Source: Priapulus caudatus
Taxonomy: Eukaryota
Length of the DNA: 64,000 nt
Assembly: GCF_000485595.1 (NCBI RefSeq)
Contig: NW_014577075.1
Coordinates: 225,740-289,739, forward strand
Direction of reading: 5' to 3'
Of the stretch, positions 1-12,400 are shown one piece after another (positions within the stretch are counted from its first letter, which is position 1; the number at the start of each line of letters is the position of its first letter). The position numbers were made by a program, and so were the translations under genes. The notes under the pieces were generated by a model that saw only the letters and a program-made list of their open reading frames with translations, ran no database searches and was not told the origin of the DNA.

Positions 1-150
1 CTGTGACGTCACTGACGTGTAATGTGCACTCTGTATGATAATGGCATGACGTGCGATAGATATATAGGTGCACAGTGTTACACACATGCACGGATATACA
101 GACACACCCATTTCTCGTTTATTTTCTATCTCTCTATTTCGTTTGCTCCT

Positions 151-206
<56 letters not shown>

Positions 207-1052
207 TCTCCCTCTCTCTCTCCCCCTCTCTCTTGTTCAACCTTCCTTCCTCCCACATGCCCTCGCCTTCTTCTTCTACTTATCTGTTGTATGTTTGTTT
301 TCTCAGTCTCTTTTCTCTGTCACACTCTAAGACCGAACATAGATTTTTTTATTATATTTGTCTAGGCCTAGAGTCATCGTTGCGCAGCCCCTATCAAAAA
401 CATATCTTGGTATGATTGACTGTTGGATTTTTACTGAACGATGCTATCAGACACGTTTTTCTGTCATTTATAAATACACGCGGGCGCACGTGGCGGCCGC
501 TGCCAATAATTGTCATCGCTAGCGTATCCCGATTCAATCGACGTATACTCACGCAGTTAACACGCCTCGAAAACGGCTTTTCTGAGATCGTATCGAATGC
601 ACTAAAATGTTCAACTGAGTATTGTCAACAAAGACCATCACCACCACTACTACAGAGTCATGTTAGTTGATATAGTGGCTGTTGTGATATAGTAGCTGAG
701 TTGATATAGTACTGTTGATATAGTAGCTGAGTTGTGTGTTGTAATGGTAGCGTTCTATGTGGCTTTTGGCTGCTCCGCAATGGCATGGCTGCATTTGCAT
801 TTCTTTAGGTTCCCAAATCCTCGTAATAAAGTGAAATTGCTTTATTATCAAAACAAAAAAACTGATAGACTCTGCAATGCTAAACACTGGTTTTGACACA
901 AACAAACCTAGTGGCTGAAAAGATTACCATGCTTTCAAAATGAAGGCAAATTGGAATGTTACTCTCTAGCGGAACATCTCTGGCGTTAGAGTGTGACCAG
1001 TCTTCACGCGAGCGAGCGTGTAAAAGTAACCGAATCGTGACGTCGTTTCCAG

Positions 1053-1165
1053 GTAGTGACGGCCAATCAAAAGATAGCTCACTCGTCGTCAGCATGGAGA
1101 TCAATGGGATTCTATACCAGGGCGTGCTTTTTGCTCAAAATCCACGAAGTGGGAGATTGCCGTGA
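1053..1165 (+). CDS. ARID3: Terminal coding exon of an ARID3/dead ringer (retained)-family transcription factor, REKLES-beta region; rest of the gene lies upstream of the window
   Basis: Acceptor tttccag at 1046-1052, then phase-1 exon (G)SDGQSKDSSLVVSMEINGILYQGVLFAQNPRSGRLP* ending in TGA. VSMEINGI.Y.GVLFAQ is the ARID3 REKLES-beta signature. Confidence 0.85.
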
Positions 1166-4100
1166 GTGCCTTCTTAGTTTTGCTTTGCACGGGACACGGC
1201 GATGGAGAGACACTGCTACAGGGACGACCGTCTGCTGCGGCCGAGAGAGAGAGGAAGAAGGAGCGGAAACGTCTGCTGCGGCCGAGAGAGAGGCAGGAAG
1301 AGCGGAAGCGTCTGCTGGCCGCGCCGCGCCGCGACGAGGGAAACTGTTAAATGCATACGCTATGTTTTGTCGACCCACAATTGTAATGCTTCTCAGGTAC
1401 GATGTTCTCGGGTCAATTTTCGTATAATTTTGTCGATACGTGGGTCTCAGGGTTTTATTTTTCGCGCGCGCGTAATGTTGTTTGCACTGTACCGTGTTAT
1501 GCCCTTTGGTTTCGGCGGCAGGATTTCGCCGAGCTGTCAACCAGTCGCCGGTGGCTCGTTTACAGAAATTTCGATATCGTATCTGTTTTCTAGTGCCACG
1601 CATCATGGTTTTTTACACGCGATGCGCACTCGTTCACGAATCTCAACGTTGTTGACACGGGAATGGCGGGTATTTATTAGCGATAAATCGAACAGTCTGC
1701 ATTACGTATCTACCTATCCGATTTTGATCTGTTATGAAACGTTTATATGTTTCTTATTCGGCAAGTTTTCTCATATACCATCCTACCTCTCTTGTGTGTT
1801 GGCACCGGGAAACAGATAACTAATTATGGCCTTATGTTAATATTTAAAAAAAACTTAAAGCGGGTTAATATCTCAGTTGATTACTTTAGATTTTTCTTCA
1901 CTACGGACGTAGGTGTGTTTTATCGACGAGTTTCTGTGTACAGGCTTACAGTGTGCAGACGTGTATTCTAGGTGCTCGCGTAAATCCAAGCTTGTTGCCA
2001 AATTAGAACTGGATTTTGAGGTCTCAAACGTTTTTTTTTGTTATCTTATGGGCATTTTGCAGCCAGATGCAGACGTTAGTTGTCCCTAATGTTTGACCCC
2101 CCGTTCCCGTCCCAACCCTAACTTCCTCCCTCCACTTCCTCCTTTACTGTGTGACGTTCACATATCAGTTTATGATACTACATGTAAAACATTGACTAGA
2201 ATTATGTACTTAATGTTAATCGATAGGGTAGCTTTGACTTACGATGTATGATAGCAAATTTCTCAAGCTTTCAATATTGTAATTGGGTACTATATGTGTA
2301 TGTTTGTTCACGCGTGCGTGTCTGTTTCTATGCGTGCATAATTGTATCTGTCCATACATGTATGTTTGTGTTCGTGTGCGTGTGTGTTTGAGTGCGCACG
2401 CTTGTGCCATATGGGATGCAAACCTAATCTCTTTGCAATCGATTGGTCGCGCATTTACGTTTCTCAGATGGAGTTCTCTCTAAACTTATGTGCCTCGTGT
2501 ATCGCAGCGAGAGCAGGCTGCACGCGCGTCGCCCCCCATCCCAGCTATGACCACGCCCTCCCGGGCTCATCTCAGGTGTTGTATCAGTCGTCACTGCCCG
2601 GGAGCGTGGGTCGCAGCTCGGCTGGGACACGCGCTGTCACCTGCCGGTCCCGCTACCTGCCATACGGAGGCTCGGCTGTTGCGTTTAACAGTGTTCTCGG
2701 TCGGTGTCTAGATGTAGGAAAAGTTAATATCGGCAGTGATAATGCGTGTTTGTTTCGTTTTCTTCGAAGCTTTTTGCAAACCATGTTTATATCCCGTGTA
2801 TTATTTTTTAGTATATCCGCCTCTGCGTTTCGCTCCCAAGCGCAGGCTCTTAATATTATTAATTTATTTTTATGGAGGCGTGGCCTGTCGCTTGGGACCG
2901 AACTGTTTGAGGATGCCATATTTTGCTCTATACAGTTTCTCACATTTTGAGGCCCATGGGGCCTGTGTGTTTTTATCTACTCCTGTGTAGTTTAAGTGTA
3001 TATATATTGCTGAAAGCTTCTATCTAGTTGAGATTTTGTAAAGGTTAGCATAAGAGAACCATTGTACCTCATGTTGATGACGGGTGAATGCGAAGGACAG
3101 CATCTGTATCATAGCCAGGTGGCAGCCACGGCAAATATGGCCACTACTCAAAGATGGCCGACACACGAACGAGCGCAAGCAGACGAAGAGGTTTCGTTTG
3201 CTGCTCATGCTGCTAGCAATCAGGTTCAGATACGGCCAAATGTGCGATAAAGGAGCACTGACTCAACTTCCAATCAGCTACTATGTGTAGGTACTGTCAT
3301 GCGATGTATGAATCTGGTTATTGCAGTGTAATAGTGGTATGCATGACAGTACCGTAGCGAAAGTAGGCGAGTTCTGGTGAATCTAATTGAAATGTCAGCA
3401 ATTAAAGGCAATTTACTGGACACGATGAACCAAAATTACCTTAGGCAAATTACAGTTTTGGCTCACTGGAAGTTTGTAAAATGTTACCCTGCCGGATGGC
3501 TGATAAAATAACCAAAATGGCCGATGGAATGTTGGGGGTGCTGTGTTGCGTACTGCCCCTGACATGACACAGATGTTGTGTAGCTGATCAGCAGGACTAC
3601 TTACTGCAGTAGTCTTGTTTCACGTACGAAAATCTCAACAGTGTCCCGTGGTAAATAAATGTCTTCACCGCGTATAGTTACGGAAAACGCGTGTATAATG
3701 TAAGAAGCATATTGAATTGCGTTTTCACCCTACAGAGGACGCCACTCGCAACATCGGGTGATGACGTCGAAGAGTGGTGCCCGAGGTCGCTTCGGCTTAA
3801 AGCATGATAGACTTACAAAGCAACGCCACAACCTCACGGGTGTCAGCATCAGGGGTTTAATCAGTAACGAAAGCCTGCTATGTTCCGTGCAATATGATCA
3901 GGTCTACCTCAGAAATTGAGAAATGCCTAAAAATCGAGCAACGAATATCGCTGGCAATGGGTATTTGTTTCGACGCGCAACATTATCAGTCAGAATGGGT
4001 ATCATCATAGTCTTTAAACCGTCACTACCTCGCAGCAGTGTGGCTATGTTAGTTAGATATAGTAGTCCGGCTCCACTCAACGTTGTGTGGTGGATTGGAG

Positions 4101-7100
4101 TGGAGACGTGGGAGTCGATAATAAGCGGGTAGAATTTCATTGATCATGATCAGGGGATGAATCTCAGGGACACATGAGAGACAGCAGTCTGTCTGAGGTT
4201 GTGCACAATCGCAGTCGGCACAGCGGCGGAGGTCGGCACGTTTCGCCTATAGTGGCGCCACCGTGTGGCAACATTCAACCTGACAAGCTTCCGCAGTTTC
4301 CGTGGGTGCGGCGGCCTCTTTGAAATTGCATGCAATTTTGAATTGGCATTGGTTCGATTCAGAGATTTTGAATTGAGACCTCTAAAAGCGCGCGCAATGC
4401 ACGCAGGCGGCCCGCGGGAATTAAAACCGTGCGACGGCGCCCATCTAGGTGATCGCTCAGTGCTGAATGGCCAACCTTGTCTCCCGGCCGCTAAGAGCAC
4501 CACGATAAAAGGAAGCCCTTACTTTTAATTTAACGGGTTCAGCTCAGTGCTTCCACTCACAGAGATGTTTGTTGTTTAATTATGTTGTGCACCTGTAGGA
4601 AACTCACTTATTAAGACGTCACTCCCTGTATATATATATAGATAAGGTGTAGAGCGAAAGAGAGAGAGAGAGAGAGAGAGAGAGCGAGTAAAAGAGAGAG
4701 AGAGAGAGAGAGAGAGTTGTGCTATCGTGTACATTATCGCATTATCCTAGAAATTATCACTCGGAATGGGGGCCACATGTTCGTACGCTCACGCATAACT
4801 CGCAGAGCCCCGTGATTGGTTCTCTCCAGGTAGTATTATGCAGGGCAAAATGGCTGTTCTGCTGCCAATTCCATCCGGTTTCCATCTTGTAGAACAGTAG
4901 AACCATGTGCAATTCATCATATGGCCCAACCACTAATCTCTCTCTATATATGTGTGTGTGTATATATAACAACTGGATAGAGTGCGGTCCAGCCAAAAAT
5001 CACTTTTACACAGTCATGATAATATCGGTGCAATACCTGCTGGTATTTGTGCCAACCAATATGGCAGCCCAATAACATCAAATATCTCCCACAATGCACC
5101 ATCCAATTGTTATGTATACAAATATATAGAGAAAGATCATCGAGTTAACTTTTCCACTGATGCCATTTTGCCCAAGACGTAGCCGCCTTGGTAGCAGGGC
5201 AGAGTTGATGTGTTATCGGTCAGCTCTTGAATGGCGCTGCCACTTGCTTCCGACTGGAGTAAGCGTACATTCATTTGCACCCCCATTCCTGCAACTGCTA
5301 TGCTGTTACACTCTCGACGCATTAAAAAATTGTGAGCTCTATTTTTATGAAAACGTTCTAGATAGATGGGTACAAGAAGGCGGACGCATGCACATGCATT
5401 GCAAGCTCGTCCGTTCCCTGAGCCACGGTGGTATATATCACCGTGCGTTTGTGCAGCCAATTAGTGGTAGGATATTTGCATTGGAACATTTATGGGTACA
5501 TATATCTAGCGATAAATGTCCCAATTCAAAAATCTCACGTGCAGACACTTAGGGGGTGTTAGCTCTGACCAGCCCTAGGTGGTGGTAGGTACACTTGTGC
5601 CGCATGTGCATAGGAAGAAAGAGAAGAGGCAGAGCGGCGTAACCACTGACCTACGTGTAACAGCCAGGCAGAGCATTGTCCTATTTAATTACGCCATCTT
5701 GGAAGAATCAGTTTTAAGCGAGTCGAAATAACATTGTGCGTTGAAACAATATCTAACCTCCTTACTGTCCGCTCTTTGATAATTCTGCCTTTGGGCCACA
5801 CTAATAAACATAGTAATTATCACAATGCGCTGTTATAATTCTCTGGCTGATTATTATATATAGGTCAGTTGGCATAAAATGAGTTTTGACGTCACAGCCA
5901 ATTCAACAGCTGCTGTAAAAACAAGTGAACAGCTCACCGCTGTGAAGCCGTTCTTTTCTAGATAAGTGTGGTGGAAAACGAATGCCTAGTGTATCACCAG
6001 TAGACAGGTAGTTGCGTGGAGCAACACGAGAACAGCACTCACACAAGATGGCGCTGGCTGCTATATCTACTTAAAAAATGGCGCCGCTGCATGCGTCTGC
6101 GATCGGGGTCAGAGGTCACTGCTTCATGTATTCCCCGGGTGCCGGATTTTCGTTCCGAATTTCTGCCTCGCGCCTTTCTTGTATGTGAGACTGACGGAAG
6201 AACGAGAGCGATGTAGGGGTATGCAAAATAGATTACGACCAGGCAGCGTGCCGAGTTAACGCAGCCAGTCACAACCGGGTGATTGACAGGTGTCACCATA
6301 ACTCCAAGTGCCCGTATGTAAAGGTATTCGCATTGGGACGTTTACCGGTATATATGTGTACCAGGCAAATGTCCAAATGCAAGAACCGTACCTGCAGTCA
6401 CTTGGCAGTTGTCTCTGACAATGACGTCTTCGGCTGGTTTCAGGTCAGGTGAAAGCTAGCTCGAGTTTCGACAGCATTCTCTGCACTGTGTAATACAGTG
6501 AAGGTTATAGTAACTGGAGCTAACACGGTGGCATAGGGGAAAAAGAGGCTGCACACTACCTTGTAGTGCCCCGGCTGGATTCCAAAATGAATTGACACCG
6601 AGATTTTGAGATTTTTCGTACATGTACGTACGTAAGGCAGTACTTTGTGTAAATACAGAAATCTGTTATTTTAGAGTATTAATAAACGTATCCTTTTACA
6701 CATTATAGTTGCAATGACTAATTAACAGTGGTTGTTATGAAGTTGGAGAGAATTTATAGGGTGTCATCATGGTTATTGGAATGTGCACGGCCATTTTCTG
6801 CCCGGGTATATTGTAGACCAGAATTGCTTGCGAAATGGTTGGTGCTTGGGTTAGCACGTGTATCAAAATGTCACTTTTCTGGTTGAAACAGAGGTACGAA
6901 CAATTTTAACTAATGATTTTATACGTGTAAAGTATACTTGGCATTTGGTTTGTCGTATCAATAAAGTGCACTTTTAGTTTTTATTTTGTAACTGTACTAC
7001 AAATTTAGCACTAGGTGAAGCAATGCATTGGCTATTCAGGGAAGAACCCTTCCTAGTCAACTCTTTTAACAAGGAAATTTTTACTCGGTTGTAGAATTTT

Positions 7101-8160
7101 CTTGCTTTGATTGATTCCTATTATTTTTAGTTTTGCTTTTGGTGTGATTTTTCAGGGAAGCCCTTGCGGATGTATAATGTACATCAGTGGGCAAGCATTG
7201 CAAATGTATGTACTTACACTGAATAAAATAATGTTTTGGCATTTGGCGAGTTTAGGTGGTTTCCTATTTACATTATTTCATTTTTTCGTGAACCACAAAT
7301 ACGACACCTGGCCTTTGTGCCTTCCTTTCGTTCTGTTTATTTCCTAACTTTTGAAAACTCTTACATCAAAAGATTTTACACCTCCCTTTGACTCCACCTG
7401 TAATTTCGTTCATGACATAACACCTTGCACTCTAAAACTCCACACCTTGTAATTTTATTTAAAGTTCCTTGGTGTCTGACTAACCCTAGTAACGTTGAAA
7501 CGAATAGCAACGTTGAACTGTAGTTAATGTGGATAGGGATGCAGTTTCACTTAGTTGAGAATAACCACACTACTAAATTGTAAAAAGGATTAAGAAAACA
7601 TTGATTTATTTTTAGGACACTAACCTTTACATGATCCAATGTGAGTGTGTGAATTCGTGAGTGGGTGCATGAACGCAAGTAAACAGATTTAACAGTTGTA
7701 CATGTATTAATAGCAGGCTTCAAGTTTGCTTCTTTTGTTAAACTATCCGATTTATAGAAAATGTGAAAACAATATTTGCCTAGGTTAACGTAGGGCACCC
7801 TTTATAATTGTATACAAGGCCACATGCAGCTACCATTACTATTACAACTAGGATACGGGCTACCAGCGCATTTGAAGAGATTTTACTTGCAGAAATTATT
7901 AATATGGTAAATGATCATATAAATTCTTTAGATACTAAGAACAGCATTTAAAAAAACATGTAATTAAAGGAGGCTGTACATGATTACATACACACACGCA
8001 CGCACAAACACACGCACACGCACGCACGCACACACAGTCACATGCACACAGAAGAGTTCCTATATAATACTGGTTTTATGCTTCAGCTTAAAATACTTGT
8101 GATGCAGGGGCACAACACCAACAAATCTGTACAAAAATAGCTATCCCCTGGTCAGCTTAA

Positions 8161-9111
8161 AGGACAATTGAATTCAAATTTCATCACTTCTGTAACGTTT
8201 TTATACATAGAAATACATTCAATAACGTATTCCATTTCAAATCCGGCGCCCAATTAGTAATAAACACCTGAATAGTTTATGTTACTATATCGAGGTTATG
8301 TGACTTCACGGACCATTTCGAGAGACGCCATTATGTAAACATAGTGCGTGTGGTGGTTAAATATTTGATGTTTTTTGTTATTTCTCATGCTTCATTATCA
8401 TGTCAAGACACAAACATGTAGCCTGTAAGTGTACTTATATTCATGTACATACATATTACCTGTGTGGATAATGCATTCACGGTATATGTACATGACTTGC
8501 GTAGAGATGTTTGTACATGTACAGATACATGTGATTCTGACCGAGCGTGATAAGCACGGTGAACAGTGTACTCGCATGACTCACTTGGTCTAGCGTCGAA
8601 CTGGTCTACAATAACCCTGGTCTTTTCATTCTCATGGCAGCATATACATTAAGGTGCCGTACTCATTAATTCACAAACACTACAAGAACACCAGTATTTG
8701 TCTACAGTCCTATCTAGTACCGAAGCTTCCATTCCGCCATGTTGTGACTGTTCTGATTCTTGAGAAGTTTGTGCCGACTCTTCGCGTTGCTTTTTCAGAC
8801 GATTCTCCTCAATTTCTTCTTGTGTATATTCAGGCTCAAACCTATATCCAACTGGTAAATCACTATAAATATCATGATCATCTGAGTAATCACTAGAATC
8901 ATTGAAATTATCGCTTTCTGTCTCCATCACAACACTCGGCTTTAGAGTGGCGTCGTGTCGTTCAGAATGGTCTGTGACGTCACATGACCTAGATTAATAT
9001 TCATGTGTTTATTACTAATTGGGCGCCGGATTTAAAATGGAATACGTTATTGAATGTATTTCTATGTATAAAAGCGTTACAGAAGTTATGAAATTTGACT
9101 TCAATTGTCCT
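8161..9111. mobile_element. Non-autonomous Kolobok-type DNA transposon with long TIRs and TTAA target site duplication
   Basis: TTAA|AGGACAATTGAA...TTCAATTGTCCT|TTAA. Near-perfect inverted repeats of about 110 bp, with looser similarity to about 170 bp. RR..YY termini plus a TTAA TSD are Kolobok hallmarks. Confidence 0.8.
8590..8930 (-). pseudogene. KolX / P2X7 cytoplasmic-ballast-like (nanor-like) ORF remnant inside the Kolobok element
   Basis: YRFEPE...WCSCSVCELMSTAP*CICCHE: the W-C-x-C-xx-C-xx-M-x-T-xx-E-C-x-C-C zinc cluster, with TAA at the expected Glu codon. Confidence 0.7.
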
Positions 9112-9486
9112 TTAATAGCAATATCCAAAATATTTACATCCCATGCAATCTTTTCTCACCTATCCCCACAACCAATGCAGCAGAAGCTTGTTCTGCAATG
9201 TTACTTACAGAAACCGTTTATTTACGTAAACACGTGAGCAAGACGCACGCACGCACGCACGCACATACACACGATTCCCACCACGACTCCTGCAATGATC
9301 ACGGGTTATAACTCTAAATTCGAGTGTTAATTAACATTACCACTTCTCCAAGTGTCTCCTCCAGATACAGAGCATGCAAGAAACACACGTTTTGAACTTT
9401 GATCCACCCCACAAAACTGCTAAATGATAGTGCTAATGTCAGTTGTGACTCCCATTGCCATGACTACGGCGTGAATCATGTTCCAC

Positions 9487-12400
9487 TCACGTCGGGAGCA
9501 TTGCAGAGTTGTACAGAGCTTCGTTGATTTCTCTAGTCATCTTGATTCTCGTCAACATTTTCCCCACCTGCAATCACAAGTCATACAGATTACGAAAAAG
9601 ATTGGAGAGTAAAGCTGTGAGATGAAATCGATAACAGCAGAGAAAACGTGCACTAACCTTAAAATGAAAGTGTCAATGACACTGTAGCTCACCACAAAAA
9701 AGGACACAAATGAGTGAGTAAGAAGAAGTCATTTTTAATTGAGCAACCATCGACGTACATTATAGAAACGATTGCCATCTGTATATCGCAATAATAATTT
9801 ATAAACCAAAATGAATCACAATTTGTGACCGTAGATGGCACCTAACCGCTTTGGTAGCCGATGGCGTTTGAAATAAATAGTTATGCTGCCGTTCCGACAT
9901 GTTTTGTAAATCTTACCTCTAATATAAGAGTTAATCGCAGGGTGAGAGGAAATACCAATTTTGCATTAAGGATATTGTCAATGAAATCTTGTAAAACGAA
10001 CCAGACGAGTGTGATCACCACAGACTGTTTGTGTCTATATAATATGCTATATAATTGCCAAACCCTACCTAATTTGCATAATTTCTTTTAAATATCAAAC
10101 CCTAGCAGCCTTATTCATTCACATACAAAATGAGCAAAATCCGTTGTAACCTGAACTGACTAATGCAATTCCCATTTTTGCCAAAAAATTCCCGTGGCTC
10201 GAAAGTACGTCGACTGGCGTGCTCAAATAGGACGTTTAATATGGGAGCATACGCAGTAACAACTATATCCAATTTCAAACATGTGGCCAAACGGTTCCTG
10301 AGTTATCGTTGACTCGAGCGAAATGTGACGGACGGACGGACGTACGACGGACGACAACCCATGGCAATAGCTCAGCTTGATGATGTCAAGGTGAGCTAAA
10401 AATGCAGGTTATCGTGAATCACAATACAAAGCCAACAGTACGTGACAAACACACGTACATCCTAAGATTATGCGAGTTAGTTAGGCGCCACTGCTATACC
10501 TGGTCACTTGTGAGAGGTAACGTAGAATACCATACAGGGCTGTCCGGTACACAAGACCTTTCCGGGATCAGGTAATACACATCAGATTTGTTCTTCATAC
10601 TTTCGGGGCTGCAATCAAACATACAGGAAGATGTGCAAGAATACAATTGTCTCCTTGGCTCCACGAAGCACTGTCAAAATTCCCTATTATAAAAAAGTGA
10701 CGTAACATAAACTCTGTGACATCATTGGTGCCCACCATCATACGTGACATGAGCCCTGCAACACCATTGGTGCTCATCATCTCACGTGACATAAACCCTG
10801 CAACACCATTGGTGCTCATCATCTCACGTGACATAAACCCTGCAACACCATTGGTGCTCATCATCTCACGTGACATAAACCCTGCAACACCATTGGTGCT
10901 TATCATCTCATGTGACATAAACCCTGCAACACACCATTGGTTGCTCATCATCTCACGGTGACATAAACCCTGCAACACCATTGGTGCTCATCATCTCACG
11001 TGACATAAGCCCAGCGACATCATTCATGCCCCTGATCATCGTGCTCGTCATCAATGTCACCAGTTTCTCGAAAAATCAAGCAGCCGTCGCTGACGCTGCC
11101 ACAGTGACCCACCATTTGGAGAGGTAGAACTCGTACAGCTTGACGGGACAGCGTAGAGGGTTGTCCAGCTTCTCTGCTTGCTCTAGCCACATAGAATCGT
11201 CCTGCGACTTGCGCTTGGGCCCTGTCGTGACAAACGCAGCCACAATGTCACGTCACTGTGGCGTCACGTTTCCACGCCGCGCACATTTACCGCCCAATCG
11301 TTAGATGTCACTCTTACTAGCCCCACTCTAGCGTCAATACTTCGTTGCATTTTACGTGTGGGTGCATACGTTGGTGGGGGGTTTTTGGTTTGTGTTCGCG
11401 CACACACTCACACAGATACCGATTAGTTGTGAGCACGCTACGAACAATTAAAACATGCTACAACAACAAAAAATCAAATTTAAACAAGGGTTTATCCAGC
11501 TACGATTCTACTCGACGATAGCAAAGGGGAATCGCCCTCGTCGGCCGTGGCGCGTCAACTCCATCGACAAGAGCGGCCGACGGCAGCGCGCGCGCGCCGG
11601 GGGAGGCGTCTCACCTCGCTGCTTCTCCAGCGTCAGCGGGAAGTAGCGCAGGAAGATCGTGCGCGGCGGCTTCTTGCCGGAGTCGGGGTCTGGCTTGCGG
11701 CGCCAGTGCTTGAGGATCTGCGAGAAGGACAGCTGCATGTGTTCGGCGACGTCCTTCAGGTGGAAGTACTTGCTGTTGAAGTACATGAGCGTGTTGAGCA
11801 GCACGTTGGGCGAGTGCGCGCCCAGCTGCCGACTCTCCCAGAGAATCTCCTCCTCGATGCGACCCAGCACGTATCCTGCGCAACACAAGAAATGCGTGAA
11901 TGCTAACGAAGAACGATCGAGTGAGATGAGAGATGCAGAGTTTCGATATCGACGTTCGTTGAATCATGGGTGTCGGATGTTTACGTGGTATGTGTACAAT
12001 ATATAAGCAATAGCAATCATCTCGTAAATTGCATAGGTGAAATTTTCATCAGTTTAATCCCAATCGATTAGCTGTTTCCAAATATATCACGAAATCACTC
12101 TCGTTGGAGAATAGTTCATTAAACTCTACATATATACGATACATATTTTATAGAATTTTGCACAAATCATCTCATTTCCTGATCTAGCTAAGCAACATGA
12201 GCACACGCTCACTTGTGCACCTAATCCTTGGTCTGGCGAGAAGCATTTTGCGAATTTTGCACTGGATCGCACAAGACACCCAATAGCAAATAACACACAA
12301 CAAGATCAAAGTTGGAGCCTAATATAATCGATCAATATTGGATTTAACAATACACTCATCGATTCTACACACGTGTTAGTGAAGACGATCAGATCTGTGT

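Noticed and set aside
1202..1819. 205-aa ORF after the ARID3 stop
   Set aside because: No recognisable domain; it overlaps a short tandem duplication in the presumptive 3' UTR.
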